The translations under genes were made by a program, and so were the position numbers. Under the pieces are notes generated by a model. It was not told the origin of the DNA, made no database searches, and worked only from the letters and a program-made list of their open reading frames with translations. Shown here in pieces: positions 40,986 through 56,350 of a stretch of DNA of 64,000 bases; position 1 is the first letter of the stretch, and every line of letters starts with the position of its first letter. This stretch comes from the human T2T-CHM13v2.0 reference genome, Homo sapiens: NCBI RefSeq assembly GCF_009914755.1, contig NC_060942.1, one strand, 5' to 3'.

Positions 40986-43900
40986 TATTTTCACTTATTT
41001 TCATGAAAATTCACTCATTGGCTTAGCAAATACTTGCTTATTACATTGCAATTTATCTTTCTTGCTTCTCATACTAGTCACTAATCAAAAGTCTATTTAT
41101 GTGGGCTCCAAATAATGAATGATATGCATTGCCTAAAATAAAAATGTTTCTTCCACTTTTGGCCACATAGAATATGAAATGTCTGGGAGGCAAAAGGGGG
41201 CTAGCTAGCAACCTGAAATGACAAACTGTGCCTGGTGATAGGCCACCTGCCTCTATCAACTAGACCAGTGCAAAATGGAAGATGTATATCTACTAACCCC
41301 TTTAAAATGCCATCATCCAAGTAGCCCAAGTTATGATTTTGCCTCCAGATATATACAGAACTATTCTCCATTTCCTTCCAGGAGTTACAAAAACATGTAT
41401 TTCTCTTGAAATTGGAGAATCTGTGCTTAAATACGAGTTCTCTCAAATACTCAATTTGAGGTCTTAAGTTCACTAGCTGTAATATAGAAATAATTCTTGT
41501 CCTATCTACAGTGTGTCAATTACAAGAAAAAAAATAAGTACAAAAATGCTTTAAAATTATAAACTTTTAAATTAGCAAATTAGTAAAATATATACATAAA
41601 GTGTTATACAAATACAAAGTATTATCACTGAAGTTATCATCATAATTAACAACATAATCAAAAACTTTTTTTGGTCAGTATTTCTTTAACATGGAAAATT
41701 CAGCTGATTATAAATTACTAATTTATATGTGACACATCCTAGAAAAGAGTGTACCTACTTAAAAATCTTAATAATAAATAATCATGAAGATACTGTGTTT
41801 AGTATAGCAATTTTCTTTTCACAGTTAGAAATGTGATCCAGATAATGTCTATGTCTATATGATGCCAAAAACTTTGCAACTTTCTGTTATTTAAATATTT
41901 GCCATTATGTAAATAAAACATAACATCTTCACTTTCCATTGATGAAGATGCATTTTACTGTACATTTTAGCTATTTAAAGAAATACAATGTATCATTCGT
42001 TGCTTTGTAATCATTCTTGATGTTTGGCAAAAAGATGTATAAAACAACAGAATCACTACTTCGTTGGAATTTCACGTTTTGAGAAGCTATTGGTGTAGTA
42101 AAAGAAAGGAAGATTATGAGTGGTGGGGCTGATAATAAATATTAAACTTTCCACATTGGCAGATCTGTATCATGTGTGTCCATTTGAAACCTCTATTTCT
42201 AGATCCAGGAAACATGTCATGATCTGGTACCACTCTTCCCAAGAACAAAGGACAAGAAATATCACGTGATTAATTGCAACATAAGCTGGTCCATCACCTT
42301 ATAATATGGGTTGAAAGACCTTGAACTAGTCCTGTGAAAAGCCATATTCACCTATTGATTATTCCTAACTCTAAAGAGTCCTGCTATCACATGTTGATAA
42401 TTTTACCATGAGGGTATCTGGAGACCAAACCACAAGGCAAACAAACCCTTTGTAACTTCTTTATACCATAGAAATCCTGGCTCACTCTGTGGGTTGGGTT
42501 GTTATTAATCATACTCATTTTAAAGATAATTTAGTTTTAATACATTGTCAATGCAATTCTCTGGGGTACATAAAAAGTAATCTATCTTGCGTACATCTGC
42601 TTAGTCCCATTTCCTTAGCCTGTAGCAGCTATCTAATATTTCAGCTTTCGGCTAAGGGAAGTGACCTAAAGTAAAGATGAGTAAAGTACATCCTGATGCA
42701 TGTTGTAACTTCCAAAAGTCTTTGGGGGCACTGCTTAAAAATGGTACCAGAGAGTCATGGCTGCATAGCAGAAGCATTAGAATCTTCCATTTCTGTTTTA
42801 TTCAGCTCTTACCTGGCTCATGCTGCTGGAGACCTCGCTCCCTTCCTCTGGGGGAAGGGGTGGGAGGATCAGTATTTCAGAGAACCAAATTGCCTCTTCC
42901 GGAGAATCACAAAGCTACAATTGCAAAAAAGGGTCTGCTATTTAAGGTACTTAACTGGCTGCCTACCACCTTGCTATCTGCTTAGGTGTGTGGGACAAAT
43001 TTTATTGCGTCTAGAAAGCACCATTAATGCTCTGATATTAGACTAAGTCATATGAAGTTGCTTTATGTATGTAAAAGTATCATCCAATATTAGCAGTTTT
43101 GTGCAGTTCAACTTAATACTTGGGAATCTTTTTATTCCTCTTCCCTAAGCAACTTTTCCATAGAAATGAAGAATAATGCTCGCTAATACAAAGGATATTA
43201 GTATTCTGATTTGCCCAGGTAGTTGTAGAATGGCACGTTGCCTTTAATAAGTTCTAGCCAGAAGGTGCCTTTTAAAAGATCTGTTCAGAATTGCTACACT
43301 AGTTCATGAATAATCTATAGTAAAGTAATTAAAGCAACATACCTCTTTCTGCCCCTCACAGATTAGGAGCTTGGGTGAAGTGTGGTAGGTAAATTATCCT
43401 GTTTGCTCCATTTTAAGATTTCTCTGTTAAATATAAGTTTATCTGTGGGTATAAGAAAGGAATAAATGTGAAGAAGAAAGTTAAACATCAAATATATGTA
43501 CTGATTGCAATAAGTATCCCCAAAGCTGTATTGGGGAGGCGGTTAGGTGACAGCATTTGTATCAAGGGAATCCCATTTAGCCTGTTTGTATTGGAAAATA
43601 TTAGGGATTTGGGGACAGAATTCAAGCTAGTGTAATGAGTATATCTAGGAAGGGTTCAAATAGTATTTGGAATAAAATTTAATAGCTAAGACAGCAGCCT
43701 TCAGTGGTGTTTAGCTACTTAGGAATATTTCACACTCTTCCACCTAACAAATTTTTTTCTGGAATTGAAACACAAGCCTTGTTAACAAAAACAAATAAAA
43801 TCAAACTTTAAAAATGTTGCTATCATCCAGGCCCTAAAGGAGTAAGAGTGAAGAGATAGTGCAGAACGCACGTGTGCTTTGAGAAAAGATGCAGTAAAAA

Positions 43901-46048
43901 AACAAAAAAGAAGCACCCTGACAAGAAGGCTAATTGAGACTCATGAAGACACGTTAAACACTTCTAATATGTGCACACGGTTAGTTAAAGGCTGGAGTGA
44001 AGCTCCACTGGAAATAACTGAACGAAGCAATTGAAGTGAGGATAGATGCTGTGGGCTGGCTTCTCAATGCTCAGATACCATGAGTGGGAGAAAGTAAGGG
44101 ATTACCTTTAAGTAAGTTCCAACTAGATGAAGAAGTGATTGATTTGAACATTAGACATGGTTCTAGATAACAAATATTGAACATAAAATAATTTTATTTA
44201 TATTAAAATGATTCAATTAGCACTTAGAAATAAATTTTATTGGGTTCATTTAAAATCTGTCCCCAGATTAAAAAAATGTATACAATAACACATTATTGAC
44301 ATGAGCTACAGATATATTTCAAATTACAATGAGCCTCCATGAAGAAGAAATTCAGGAAATTATTATCCACTATTGCCAAGTCCTGTGGCATCACAAAATA
44401 CCTGGCGACTGCTATTCAGGAGTAAAGAGATGGGTCAAAGCTTATTTTCTCCAATATTTTTTGGCTCCTTTGGATACAATGACCTGAAATATGACCTGTT
44501 TGGTTATATCTATTTTCTGATCTGTATTCACCCCACACTTACTGTATCTCTGGATCCAAGAAGAGTGTTCTCATGACTTAGCACCTTCTTCACAGAGACC
44601 AAGGACAAGAAGGGCCCTCCCCGCCCTCGCTACCCCTTGGCCACTTCTATCTTTTGGCCATAATGTTATCCTGGGATCCTCACAGTTCTTAAATTGACAC
44701 TCCGCACCATAAATCTTACCATGATGTTATTTATAGGAGGATCTTTGTGAAGTTTCAAGGATGTGGAGGCACACCAATCCCATAAAATGATTATTTGGAT
44801 TTATTTTGGAGAAACTATCACTCGAGTTAGCCACAATCCATTTCTAATTTGTTAAAATATTTATTTTAAAATCTTTCTGTGAGCAGATAGCTCTCTCCCA
44901 TAGAATAGTCAGTGATGACGAGAAATATCTGCAGCTGTTCCAGGTACTGTCACTAGTGGTTGATTATGTATATCACCATAAACTGTGTTTATAAATTATG
45001 TTTATTGTGTTATAATTAGTAGCGCTAACAGTGCATAATAACAATAAGGTCATTAAATATGTAAATAATAAATAATAGCAATATTAATGCCACCAAGCAG
45101 CAGTGCTTGATCGCAGCATGTACATCCATTCAGCCTGGAATCACATTTCTCATCATCAGGGAGACATGGAACAGAGCCAGTCCTTGGTTTAACGAACGCA
45201 AAGCCAAGTGCAGAAGTTGTACGTAGACTTACTCGATCCATGGAAAACTAAAACTTACAGGTTGCTTTCTTAAGAAATGGAGAAATACTGCACAGCATGG
45301 CCTGTTTCACAAAGCAGTGGATTTTTGGAAATTTGAAAAGCGGATTTGCATGGAGGTAGGGAAACACCTATTTACCGTTTCATTTAAAATGGCGTCTGTT
45401 AAAATTTGCTGACATAGCTGCCCCTTTATATTCCCACTAAACGCCTATGGAGAAATAAATAACATTTACAGACCCTCAAAATGACCACAAGAACAAGGAC
45501 TGCCAGACAATTTATAGACAGAATCTTGGGAAATTTTCTACTGGATCCCTGCCTATGAAACTGGGTTAAAGAACACAGTGGATAGGCAGATACAGTTCAC
45601 AGGAATCTCAGGCGGGCTCATCAGCAGGCTGACTGCCTGCATCCACCCTCACATGGTCAAGTGTGGGCCCCAGGTCTGTATAAGGCATTCCCAGGTCTTG
45701 TGATAAATTAAGAATGTATCTGCAGGAGAAGAGGAAAGGAATACCTAAAGTACAGGTATTAAAATACATTTCTATTAGGACAAAGAATTATTTAGAACAC
45801 TCTTCAGCATCTGTTCAGTTCAAAAGCATGATGATAGATGAAATTTATACAGTGGGTGGTATATGTCAGAATTAACCCTAGCCAGAAAATTATTTGTATG
45901 AAGAATTTATCATTTTATTATATATTATATTGTTATATTGTACATTACTAGTAGTATGAAAAATAAATTTGTGTATTATTAGTAGTATGAAGAATAAATT
46001 TGAGAATATATTCAGGAGGGGAAAGCAACGGAAAAGAAAAAAAGAAGA

Positions 46049-46365
46049 GACTGGGTGCAGTGGCTCGTGCCTGTAATCCCAGCACATTGGGAGACTGAGG
46101 CAGGTGAATCACTCGAGCTCAGGAGTTTGAGACCAGACTGGGCAACATGGCGAAACCCTGTCTCTACTAAAAACACAAAAAATTAGTTGGGTGTGGTGGC
46201 GGGCGCCTGTAATCCCAGCTACTCGGGAGGCTGAGGCAGGAGAATCACTTGAACCCCGGAGGCGGATGTTGGAGGGAGCCGAGATCATGCCACTGCAGTC
46301 CAGCCTGGGTGACACAGTAAGACTCTGTCTCGAAAATGAATAAATAAATAAGTAAATAAATAAAA
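46049..46365 (+). mobile_element. Alu (older S-type, Sz/Sx-like)
   Basis: Full dimeric Alu with a (TAAA)n tail. No clean TSD. Confidence 0.93.
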
Positions 46366-46599
46366 GATGCAAAGTTTGTAATGCAACAGCATAGCCTAAA
46401 AAAAATAGTTAAAAAAAAAAGAAATAGAAGAGGAAGCCTGTCAGAGATACAGCTGAGAAAACATTCCTGGACTGAAGTAAGGCAGGTCGTGTAGGTCCGA
46501 GAGGCTCCACGTGTGTCCTGGTCTCGTCCAGGGACGTGGCCTCTAGTCCCTTTTGCAAGGCTCATAAGGTTCTTCTCTTAAATGTGAGCCGAGGATTAA

Positions 46600-47841
46600 G
46601 AGAATTTTTTTTAAGTTCCAAATGAAAGACAAAGAGCAAAAATAAGCAAAAGATTAAAAGAATCTTGGAGGACAAATAAATCGAGATTGGAGAAATTTTT
46701 TAAAAAATTACTGATATTATCAGAGAGAGAAAAGTAGCTATTCTATTCACGAAACAAGAGCAGAGTCCAAAAAACAGGACAGCGTTGTGAAGTCAGGAAA
46801 GTGCAAACTTTAAAAGACGGAAGACGCCGTTAAAACATTAGTGAGTGAACTGAAATACAACATCTATGAGATCCCCAAAGAGCAGAGCCAAAGCACACAC
46901 AGATACCCCAACACGTGGAAAACGGAGAGGAGATAGGATGATTGGAGGACAATTCCAGGAGCGCCAACATCCTCAAGAATCTTCTGCACTTTTAGAATGA
47001 GCTTCCACGGAAGTAATTGAAAGACTTCAGAGAAAATAAACCGATAAATAATTCAAGAAGCACTCTCTGAATTAAAGGTCATGAGCTTCCGGAGTGAGTA
47101 GGCCCACCGAGCGGCTAGCACAATGGATGAAGATTGCCATACGGCAAGACAAGGTTGTCATAAAATTCAGAAAAGCGGGGACAAAGACAACATTTACAAC
47201 TGCAAAAGGGAAAAAAAGTGTGATTCATAGAGAGAGCCAAGAATGAGAAGAGCACAAGAAATTTCAATAGCAACGAGGGCTGCTAAAAATAATGGGCAAA
47301 TATCTTCTAATTTTCTGGGAAAATTACTTTCAACCCTGGATTCTATACTAATTAAACTACTAAGCAAGGGAGAAATAAGAATAAAGACATTTTAAACCAT
47401 GAAATATCTTAAAAAGTAACACAATTGACTCAAAAAAGTTAGAATATCTCAGTAAAGTGACAACGTTAAAAATGCAAATGTTAATTTTCTACAATGTGAA
47501 CTAAAAACCTAAAGTGAAATGATACTGTAAGCCAAAAGGTTTTTTTTTAATCAATGAGGACGTTTAAGCCATCCATCAATAAATAACTTTATGTGTACAT
47601 ATTTTTATAGCTTAGATAAGTAAATAGAACATGTACTCAATTTCTTTTGTAAATCTGGCATATAATTTATATCTAAATTCATTGAAAAATGCAAAAATTA
47701 AAGAGACATAATCATCTCACCTATAAATATAGACTCATAAATTCTATATTAAGCTTTTTAAAATAAAATTCAGCAATATATTTTAATATCAATCATTCTT
47801 AACCAAGTAAGGTTTATTTAAAGAATATAAGAAACTTTATC
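46600..47841 (+). mobile_element. Ancient L1 (L1ME/HAL1-like) ORF1-region fragment
   Basis: A-rich sequence with ORF1-like text (ATAATTCAAGAA...CTGAATTAAAGGTCATGAGCTTCC...GGCCCACCGAG, TTTCAACCCTGGATTCTATAC). Confidence 0.6.
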
Positions 47842-48178
<337 letters not shown>

Positions 48179-50962
48179 AAGAAACTTTATCAGCAATTAG
48201 GCCAATTAAAAATTCCATAGACTCATACTAATATTGTTATTAGCTCTCTTACCATATGCCAGAAACTGTGGTAGTTAGTTTGCAAATCCCTGACACTATG
48301 TGGAAAAGTTAAAACAAAGTTTCCTCCCGTGCTGGTTGTGCAGGAAGCACAGGGACATAGGAGTAACGGCAGCTGTGGTGGCCTCTGGCCCTAGACATTC
48401 AGAGATTGCATAGGATGTGAAGCCGGTTGCCCAGGGAACTAAACACCCCTCTATTTTAAGCATAGCATTTATACTTCCCCAAATCGAACATTTTAATTGG
48501 GCAAATTTTCGCCACTTTCTATAGAATACTACAATCGGGAGGAGTTTATGGCAAACATCTTTCAGGTGTCTGGGGGCCCTTGTGCGCCACCTTTGTCTGT
48601 CTGCTCCGGCTTAGGCATTGGCATAAACTCGGCCTGCATGGCTCAGAGGGCAGGTAACAAACTATGCAAGCAATCTTGCATGCAGCAATGGCTGGAAACA
48701 TTCTGTTAGTGACAAAAATGGCCTCTCAAATTAGTGAGAAAGGAAGAGTTACTCAGTACCCATCTGTGTGAGTGCATGTGCACGTGTGTACTTAGAATCA
48801 TGGGCTCTGATCCATTTTATTATTTTACCCAGGGAGAAATGTGCAGATTCTTGGTTAAACTGAATTACAATTTCCTTCTTATTCTACTTTGGACATAAAG
48901 GACTGATATCCACTGAATCTGTCCACTAAGGTATGTCTAAAAGCATAAGCAGACAGGGTTCCTAACCAAAGAGGCTCCAGGAGGGTGTATGACAAGGATA
49001 TTCATTGTAGCTCAGAAAAGCTACAGTCTAACTTTGACAAAAGAAAACAGAAACAGTGATGTTTCTTGCTTCATACTACAAATCATCAGTCTCACCTGTT
49101 CTGGGGAGAAAGCAAAAATTCTCCTACAGTAGGATTGAAACTCTGTCCACTTAGGAATTGTTGTAAGAATCTTCCTTAACAAGACTGCAGGTTCAACTGT
49201 AAGGGGCTAGTTAAACATGTGATGAGATATGCTAATATTGCAACTACTGAAAATATGATTGTTTTTAAAAAATATGATTTCTATAGTGTTTATTTCCTTA
49301 ATTTCCAATCATGGTAGTGTAGCTCTCTTTAGGATACATATTAACATAGGGTGGGTGGGGGGTACGCATGTGAAATTTGAAAACAACTTTTCAATATGTT
49401 TGTGAATGAAACCAAACACCTCTTGTTTTTCTCACATAAAATGAAAATGGTAAAGCTGACAGAGCTACATAGACAACAGAGTCTATCTTCTGTCTTCTCA
49501 ACTGGGAAGGACATTCTCGGGGAGTGTATAATTTTCATGCTTTTCAAAAAGGGGAATGAATTTGAAAAGGTTTAATAACTCTGGTTTAATGAAATGCAAA
49601 ATGCTTCTGTCTATAAGGTCATAGAAAATAAAGGCCCAGATAATATTATTCAAATATAAAGTTGTATGTAAACATGAAATATATGTTAATATATGTCTAT
49701 ATGCACATGCTACTAGAAAAAGACAAAAAGGGAAAATCCCAAAATAGTAAAAATATTTCTCTCATGTTAGTGGATCTAGGAGTTATTTTTAAAAAATATG
49801 TGTTTGCTTAATTTTCTAAAGTAACATTCTGTAGTTTAAATTAAAATGTTAATTTAAAAGAAAAAAATAAAATCTTAATAAGCTAATTTACTGATGAGGG
49901 CCAATCTCTATCCTCACAGGTAGGAAGAAGGGCTGAAGTCGGGCTGAAGTCAGGCAGAAGTCTTAGCTCCAACCATCCATCCACAACCGTGGGACTGGTG
50001 ACTCCCCAGGATGGTCCCAGCTTCCTCCCATGTCCCACATAGACCTCGTCCTCATCCATCCCATCCTGAATCTCTAACCACTCTTGGTTCACCAGAGTAG
50101 TGAACCAAGATCTACTCACCCAAGCCATCCACATCTTGGGTCATTTTTTAAATTAGGGTTTTTCTTTGTATTTGTTCTCCACATGTGCTTCAAATCTATT
50201 CTACTTTCATTAAAAAGAAAAGAAAAACAGATCTATAAATATGTGGTTGCTTATAGATATATGAAGTGTGGTTTCCTTAAAGATCTATAAAAGTGTGGTT
50301 ACTCAGGTATCCCTTCTCTCTCTGTCTTTTTCTTGTTATTTTATTCTCTTTCTAGGAAATTGCTGCCTCAGTGCTTCTCAAGTATTTCACAGGAGTCAGA
50401 ATTGATCTATTTCCCAGTGCCAGGCCTCAGGGCCACACACAGTAGGCACTCAGCCCATGTTTCCAGATGAGGTTGTTCAGAGAAAAAGTTTATCTTTTCC
50501 TGGTAACTACCGAGTCTGGTGGATAAATGCTAGTGTTTCTTGTCATCCCAAATAGACAGCTCTCAGTCACCTTGTTGCCAGTGGGTATGATTCCATTAAA
50601 TGTAAAGTTCATTGTCAGACTTTCAACTCCCTATAGAACTACCTGCATTACCCTTCTACCTTTGGTCCAGGTTACATTATCGAGTGGCACCCATGTGTAA
50701 AATGAAGAAATGGAAAGTTCATTTACCTAATGTATTTTTCTAGATGGGTTTGGGATGCCAAATACCTAGACACAGCGGTGTAACGCACGGCTTTCAGTTT
50801 TCACTTGGGGTATACATTGGAACCTAGAAGCTCGTAAAAGTGCTTCTGGGTGAACAGCTCCAAAGGTCCTGGAGAACCCAGACATTTGGGGTCAATGTGA
50901 GGAGAAACACAGCTTCCTTATGTAACTGTTGACTCATAGCTTGGTGACATTTTATCATTAAC

Positions 50963-51341
<379 letters not shown>

Positions 51342-51625
51342 TAAGAGGAAAAGATGTTTGAGAAGTACCCCCAGCCATTTCCTCAGATAATCTCCCTACC
51401 CCAGTGAATCACTTTTAAATCCAAAGAGAAAATAAAAAACTTAGTTGGCATCTCAGGTAACCGACTGCAAAAGTCCTGAGAAATAATCATGTAGGAAAGT
51501 AACACCCTCTACTATTAAGTGTTGCGGAGATTTGCAAAATAAAAATGAGACTCAGAAAACGAGTCAACATGTTTCCCTTGCTGGCTCCATTGCTGAATTT
51601 TTCTCATTTTCCACCCTCTTGCTTT

Positions 51626-51970
51626 TATTTATTTTTATTTTTATTTTATTTTATTTATTTATTTATTTATTTATTTAGAGGTGGAGTCTCACTCTGTCGC
51701 CCAGGCTGGAGTGCAGTGCTGTGATCTCAGCTCACTGCAGCCTCCACCTCCTGGGTTCAAGCAATTCTTCCTGCCTCAGCCTCCCAAGTAGCTGGGACTA
51801 TAGGCGCCCACCACCATACTCGGCTATTGTTTTTTTTTTTTTTTGTATTTTTGGTAGAGACCCGGCTTCACCATGTTGGCCAGGATGATCTTGATCTCCT
51901 GACCTCACGATCTGCCTACCTTGGCCTCCCAAAGTGCTGGGATTACAGGCGTGAGCCACTGCACCCGGCC
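51626..51970 (-). mobile_element. AluSc-like
   Basis: TTGGCCAGGATGATCTTGATCTCCTGACCTCACGAT with a (TTTA)n tail. TSD CAC[C/T]CTCTTGCTTT at 51612-51625 and 51971-51984. Confidence 0.93.
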
Positions 51971-51984
51971 CACTCTCTTGCTTT

Positions 51985-52933
51985 GAAGTCTCCAAGGCTC
52001 AGTCCTCAGTCTTCTATCCAGACTCACACCTTTGGTGATCACAGTCATTTTCTGGCTTTGAACACGATCTTTTCACCTACATTTCTAAGTTTATGTCTCC
52101 TGCCTGGACCTCTCTCCTGAACTTCAGACCTCCATTGAACAACTCAAATCTCCACTTGCCAGTCTAAAAGATGTCTCAAATGTGACGTGTCCAAATCTCC
52201 ACTGAAAACACTCAACTCCACCTCCTCTCCCTACACCCTGGGGCTGCTCTTGACTCTACTTCCCTCACACTCCACAGCCAACACATTAGCAAAGCTCGCT
52301 CTCTGTTTAACACACGACCAGTAGCTAACAGCTTCTCACCTTCACCACCTATCTCATCTCTCTTCCCCTTCAATCTGTTAATACTCTACACGGAAGCCAG
52401 GTCTTCTTAAAAAGCATGAGCCAAATCTGTATGAAGGCCCTACAGCCCTGCACAATCAGTCCTCATCCCTTTCCTCTCTGGCCTCTCTCCCTCTGCATTC
52501 ATCTACCTCTGGCTTCCTTGCTATTTCTGGAATTTGTCTGCCAAGTTCTTCAGGGCCTTTGCATTTGATGACGTTTGCTGTGATTGGAACCCCCTTCCCC
52601 AGAAATCCGAGTGTCTGGAGTCCAGCCTCTTTCAAGTCCTGTCAGCCTGTTTATACCTATAACTTGCTCTTTCCTCCCTAGAATCATGATCCTCCCCTTA
52701 AACTGCTCTTTTCCAAAGCACAGACACACCTTGTAATACATAATATGATGTTTATTTATACTTTATTTATTATTTAGTGTATTATTTACAGTCTCTACCA
52801 CCCCACAGAATGTAAGCTTCAGGAAGAGAGCAATTTTTAGGTTTTTTTTCCCCTAGTAAACCCCAAAGCACTTAGAAAAAACAGTGCCTGGGTTACAGTA
52901 GATGATTAACATCTGCTTAATGAATGGATGAAT
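51985..52933 (+). mobile_element. L2 3' portion
   Basis: GACCTCTCTCCTGAACTTCAGACC...CAGGGCCTTTGCA...AGAATGTAAGCTTC...ACAGTGCCTGG...TGAATGGATGAAT, the L2 terminus. Confidence 0.85.
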
Positions 52934-55900
52934 TTTCCATAGCTAAGATCTCTATTTTAAGTGACTATATTTTAATCACTTTAAGTACAAAACTTCCAGA
53001 AAGGCAGGATGTTAACATTAGAAAACAACCCTCCTAGTGTGCATGAACTTGGGACTTAAATTGTTTCTGGTGGAGAAATGGATGTTACAGGACCAAGATG
53101 GAAGAGTTACCCAGCAGGGCCCTCATGTGGGCTTGGCCAGCATGCTTCTGAGAGTAGCACAGCGAATACAAACATACCGTCCAATAACAGGCTCTCAAAC
53201 TGCTCTGTGTTGTAGAGTGTGGCACGGTGTTGTTCTGCATTGGATCATCTGTTGTATGTTTTTAAGCTCTTGTAAAACTAGATATAGCTCCTTCCTGCTT
53301 ACACCTTTCATTGTCACATGGATGTTCTGTTATTTTTGAGATCATTATATTCAAGTTTTGTTTTTACTTGTGTGTTTGCTTCTTCGGCCTTTTAAAATGT
53401 TAGGGCAGAATGGACCAGGTGTGCTCAGCCAGGTTTAGAGGTACCCTAGCACCCTGATGGAACAGGCCAGGTATGCTCACTCAGTGTGGGGGTCATTAGA
53501 CGAGTGTCCCGGGAGAATGGACCAGGTTACACAGCCAACGCCAGGTTTATTTTAGGAACATCTGGTCAGATGAGGTGATGTGAATCTTAAGTTCCAATTA
53601 AACTTCCTAATTTTCAGTTATCAGTTAGGGAAAAGTTTGGTTTTCATGTATAGCCCAGACACTAGGCTAATTGCCAGGGACACAAAGAGGAATAAATTAC
53701 AGAGTCTGCTTTCCAAAGTGTTGATTATCTAGTTTCCAGACCACAACATATTTGGAAAAGAAAATGCTAAGGACAGAGAGAATGTGGGCAAGTACCTTGA
53801 CCTTACGAAGAAGTCATAGGGAAAATCTCTTACAAACCAAATCCAATCAATAAGAATTGTTCACTGCCTGGTGTCATTTGGTGCTGGGGCAAATAGCTAC
53901 ATGCGCTTCCACAGCCTCTGGGTCCTCCCTGTGTTTTGCGCACAACCATGCCACTGGACGATGTTCTGCACTCTTTCTAAGAAGACAGGCATGCTTGGGC
54001 TATATTTTAAAAGTAATTCCACTTAAAACTATTTGTAATAGTTTATGGAAATTTCACAATGTCATCGTGTTAGAAAAGAGCACATCGAATGTTCCAACTC
54101 CTTTTTTTCTTTTCAGATGTTTAATCCTAAAGTTTCTGAATTACTGTTGTCTTGAAAATCAACCCTGAGAAGTTTCAAATTTTTCTACTTTTGTTAAAAC
54201 TTTTGAGAAGGCAGTTTAAGGAGACATTATAGTTAGATCTTTTTCATTTCCCAGAAATGCATTCCTAATTCACAATCACTGACAATGTAAATTCGCCAGA
54301 AAGCTAACACTTTCATGTGTTGAAAATGTGTAGTATTGTCAGCAGAACAGAGAGGTTGCCCCTCTATATTGGACAACTTATGGCATGATCCATTCCATAT
54401 ATTTTGGTTATTTGTTTCTGATACTCTACTAGACATTTGTCAATTGGAAATAAGCTGCCCATAAATAGGCATGATAGCTAGCTGTGTCCATGGGGGAAGC
54501 ATGTGCTTGAAGCTTTGAGTCAGGATCTCAGCTAGCTTCCTTGGAATTGGGAACAGGCATCTCCTTCCTCCACAGGAACACAAACATTCACAGCACTGAA
54601 GTTGTTTGAACCGGTCAAGAAGGTCAAGTTGGGATAATTACAGTTATTGGAGTGATGTTCAGAGACTCACATTCCATGATGAATCCATAACAAATGCTAT
54701 GTGATGGAAATATCTCACATTGTTTTTGTATTTGCCAGCTTGCAGTGTCATTCCAGATGGCAAATACAAAAATAGCATAAAAAATTTCCTCCTGAAATTC
54801 AGTCTTTGAAAGTATTCTGTTAGCCTAATAACAGATACTCCAAGATGTTCCAACATTCCCATTCTAATGGACATAACTGATGCCCCCTCCTCTCCCGAAA
54901 AAAGTCCAGATATGAAAATGTTTCATTACAGCAAATTGCTTGTTGTTATTAATGTCATTATTGGTTGCTTCCAAAAGTACTCTCTCCCACCCCTTAGGAA
55001 ATACCCGGGTGCTTTATTCTTAGAATCTGCATTCATAATAGTAGGTGGATCTCTAGAGCAATAGAAACAGGAAGGTCTCAGTTATTAACACAAAAGTGAA
55101 CTGCTTAAATTTGATTACCTTGCTTAATGAAGTGTCGCATTTATTTACAAGATGACATGATGCATCACATTACAGTGACCATAAATCAGCTTATAAAAGT
55201 GGACAAATGGGTCAATAAAGTGATGCATTTACAGACTTAAGATGAAGATATTTGCACTCATTCTAATACTTCCCACTTTTTAAAACATGCTATTCTGAGA
55301 CCAGCTGAAGAATTAAACTCGATGATTTGCTTCTTCATATTTTTCATGCTCTTCCATCACTGTGGCCCTGAATTCTATCGTGGCCTCAATTTGCATCTTA
55401 CAGTGCCTGGAAATCTCCTTCCCTTCAACCTTCTCAGCATCTGCATCTGCAAGCACAGCTCCATCGTTATACATGCAAACCCACTCCCCAGGCTGCAGGC
55501 TTCCACCGAGAACGCACAAAATCACTGTGATGTCTGACAACAGGACAGAATTGCCGAGGGCACTGGCTACTCCTGTCTCGGTGTTTTTTTTTAATCTGCC
55601 TGGTGGAAAACCATGAGTAACCCCTTAGATCACAGGGTGAATGCTTACACCTACCTGGAGTGAATTCAAATCTACATTCACCACAGGTTCACAGGGGAAA
55701 AGCCCAGTGTCTGATGTGTAGAAAGAACAAACATGAAGTTACACTACAGGACTGAATCTGGGTAACCCTGCCTCTTGCAGGTGTGACAACTTACCTTCTC
55801 AGTTTCCTCCTCATCCCCCACATGTGGCCATAGCTATGGTGCAAAAGTGAGAAAGCACAGGGGGAGACATAGGCTTGGACCTGGGTCTGCACTTCTCCGC

Positions 55901-56224
55901 TGTGCAATGTTCACTAAGTAGGGAAGGAAGGGTTAATAATATCTGCCCAACCTAATCAGCCTGAAAGAATAAAATGTTATGATAAAGATAGCAGTCCAGA
56001 GTTGATAGTTTGGGATTCACAGATTTGCAAAACAGGCCGTCTTCACTGGGGTTCACGAAAGACACTTTGCATAGAGATGATGGAAAAAAAATGTGAACAT
56101 GTATTTGTTAGTTATCAGAATTTCCCAAGACCAACAACAAACAGCAAATATTTGATGCTTTCAAAGCTTATTTTCCCCTAATAGGCAAGACCTGCATTAA
56201 TGGGCTACAGTGAAAATGGGTTGC

Positions 56225-56350
56225 AGGTTTGGGTTAGAAGACTTGGTTTTACAATCCAGCTCTATGACTTACTAGTTGAGTGGCCTGGACAAATGGCTAG
56301 TTTCCTCATCTGCAAATTGGGGATACTGACATCTGACTTTCTAGGATCTT
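56225..56350 (+). mobile_element. MIR relic
   Basis: AGAAGACTTGGTTTTACAATCCAGCTCT...ACTAGTTGAGTGGCCTGGAC...AGTTTCCTCATCTGCAAATTGGGGATA. Confidence 0.7.
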
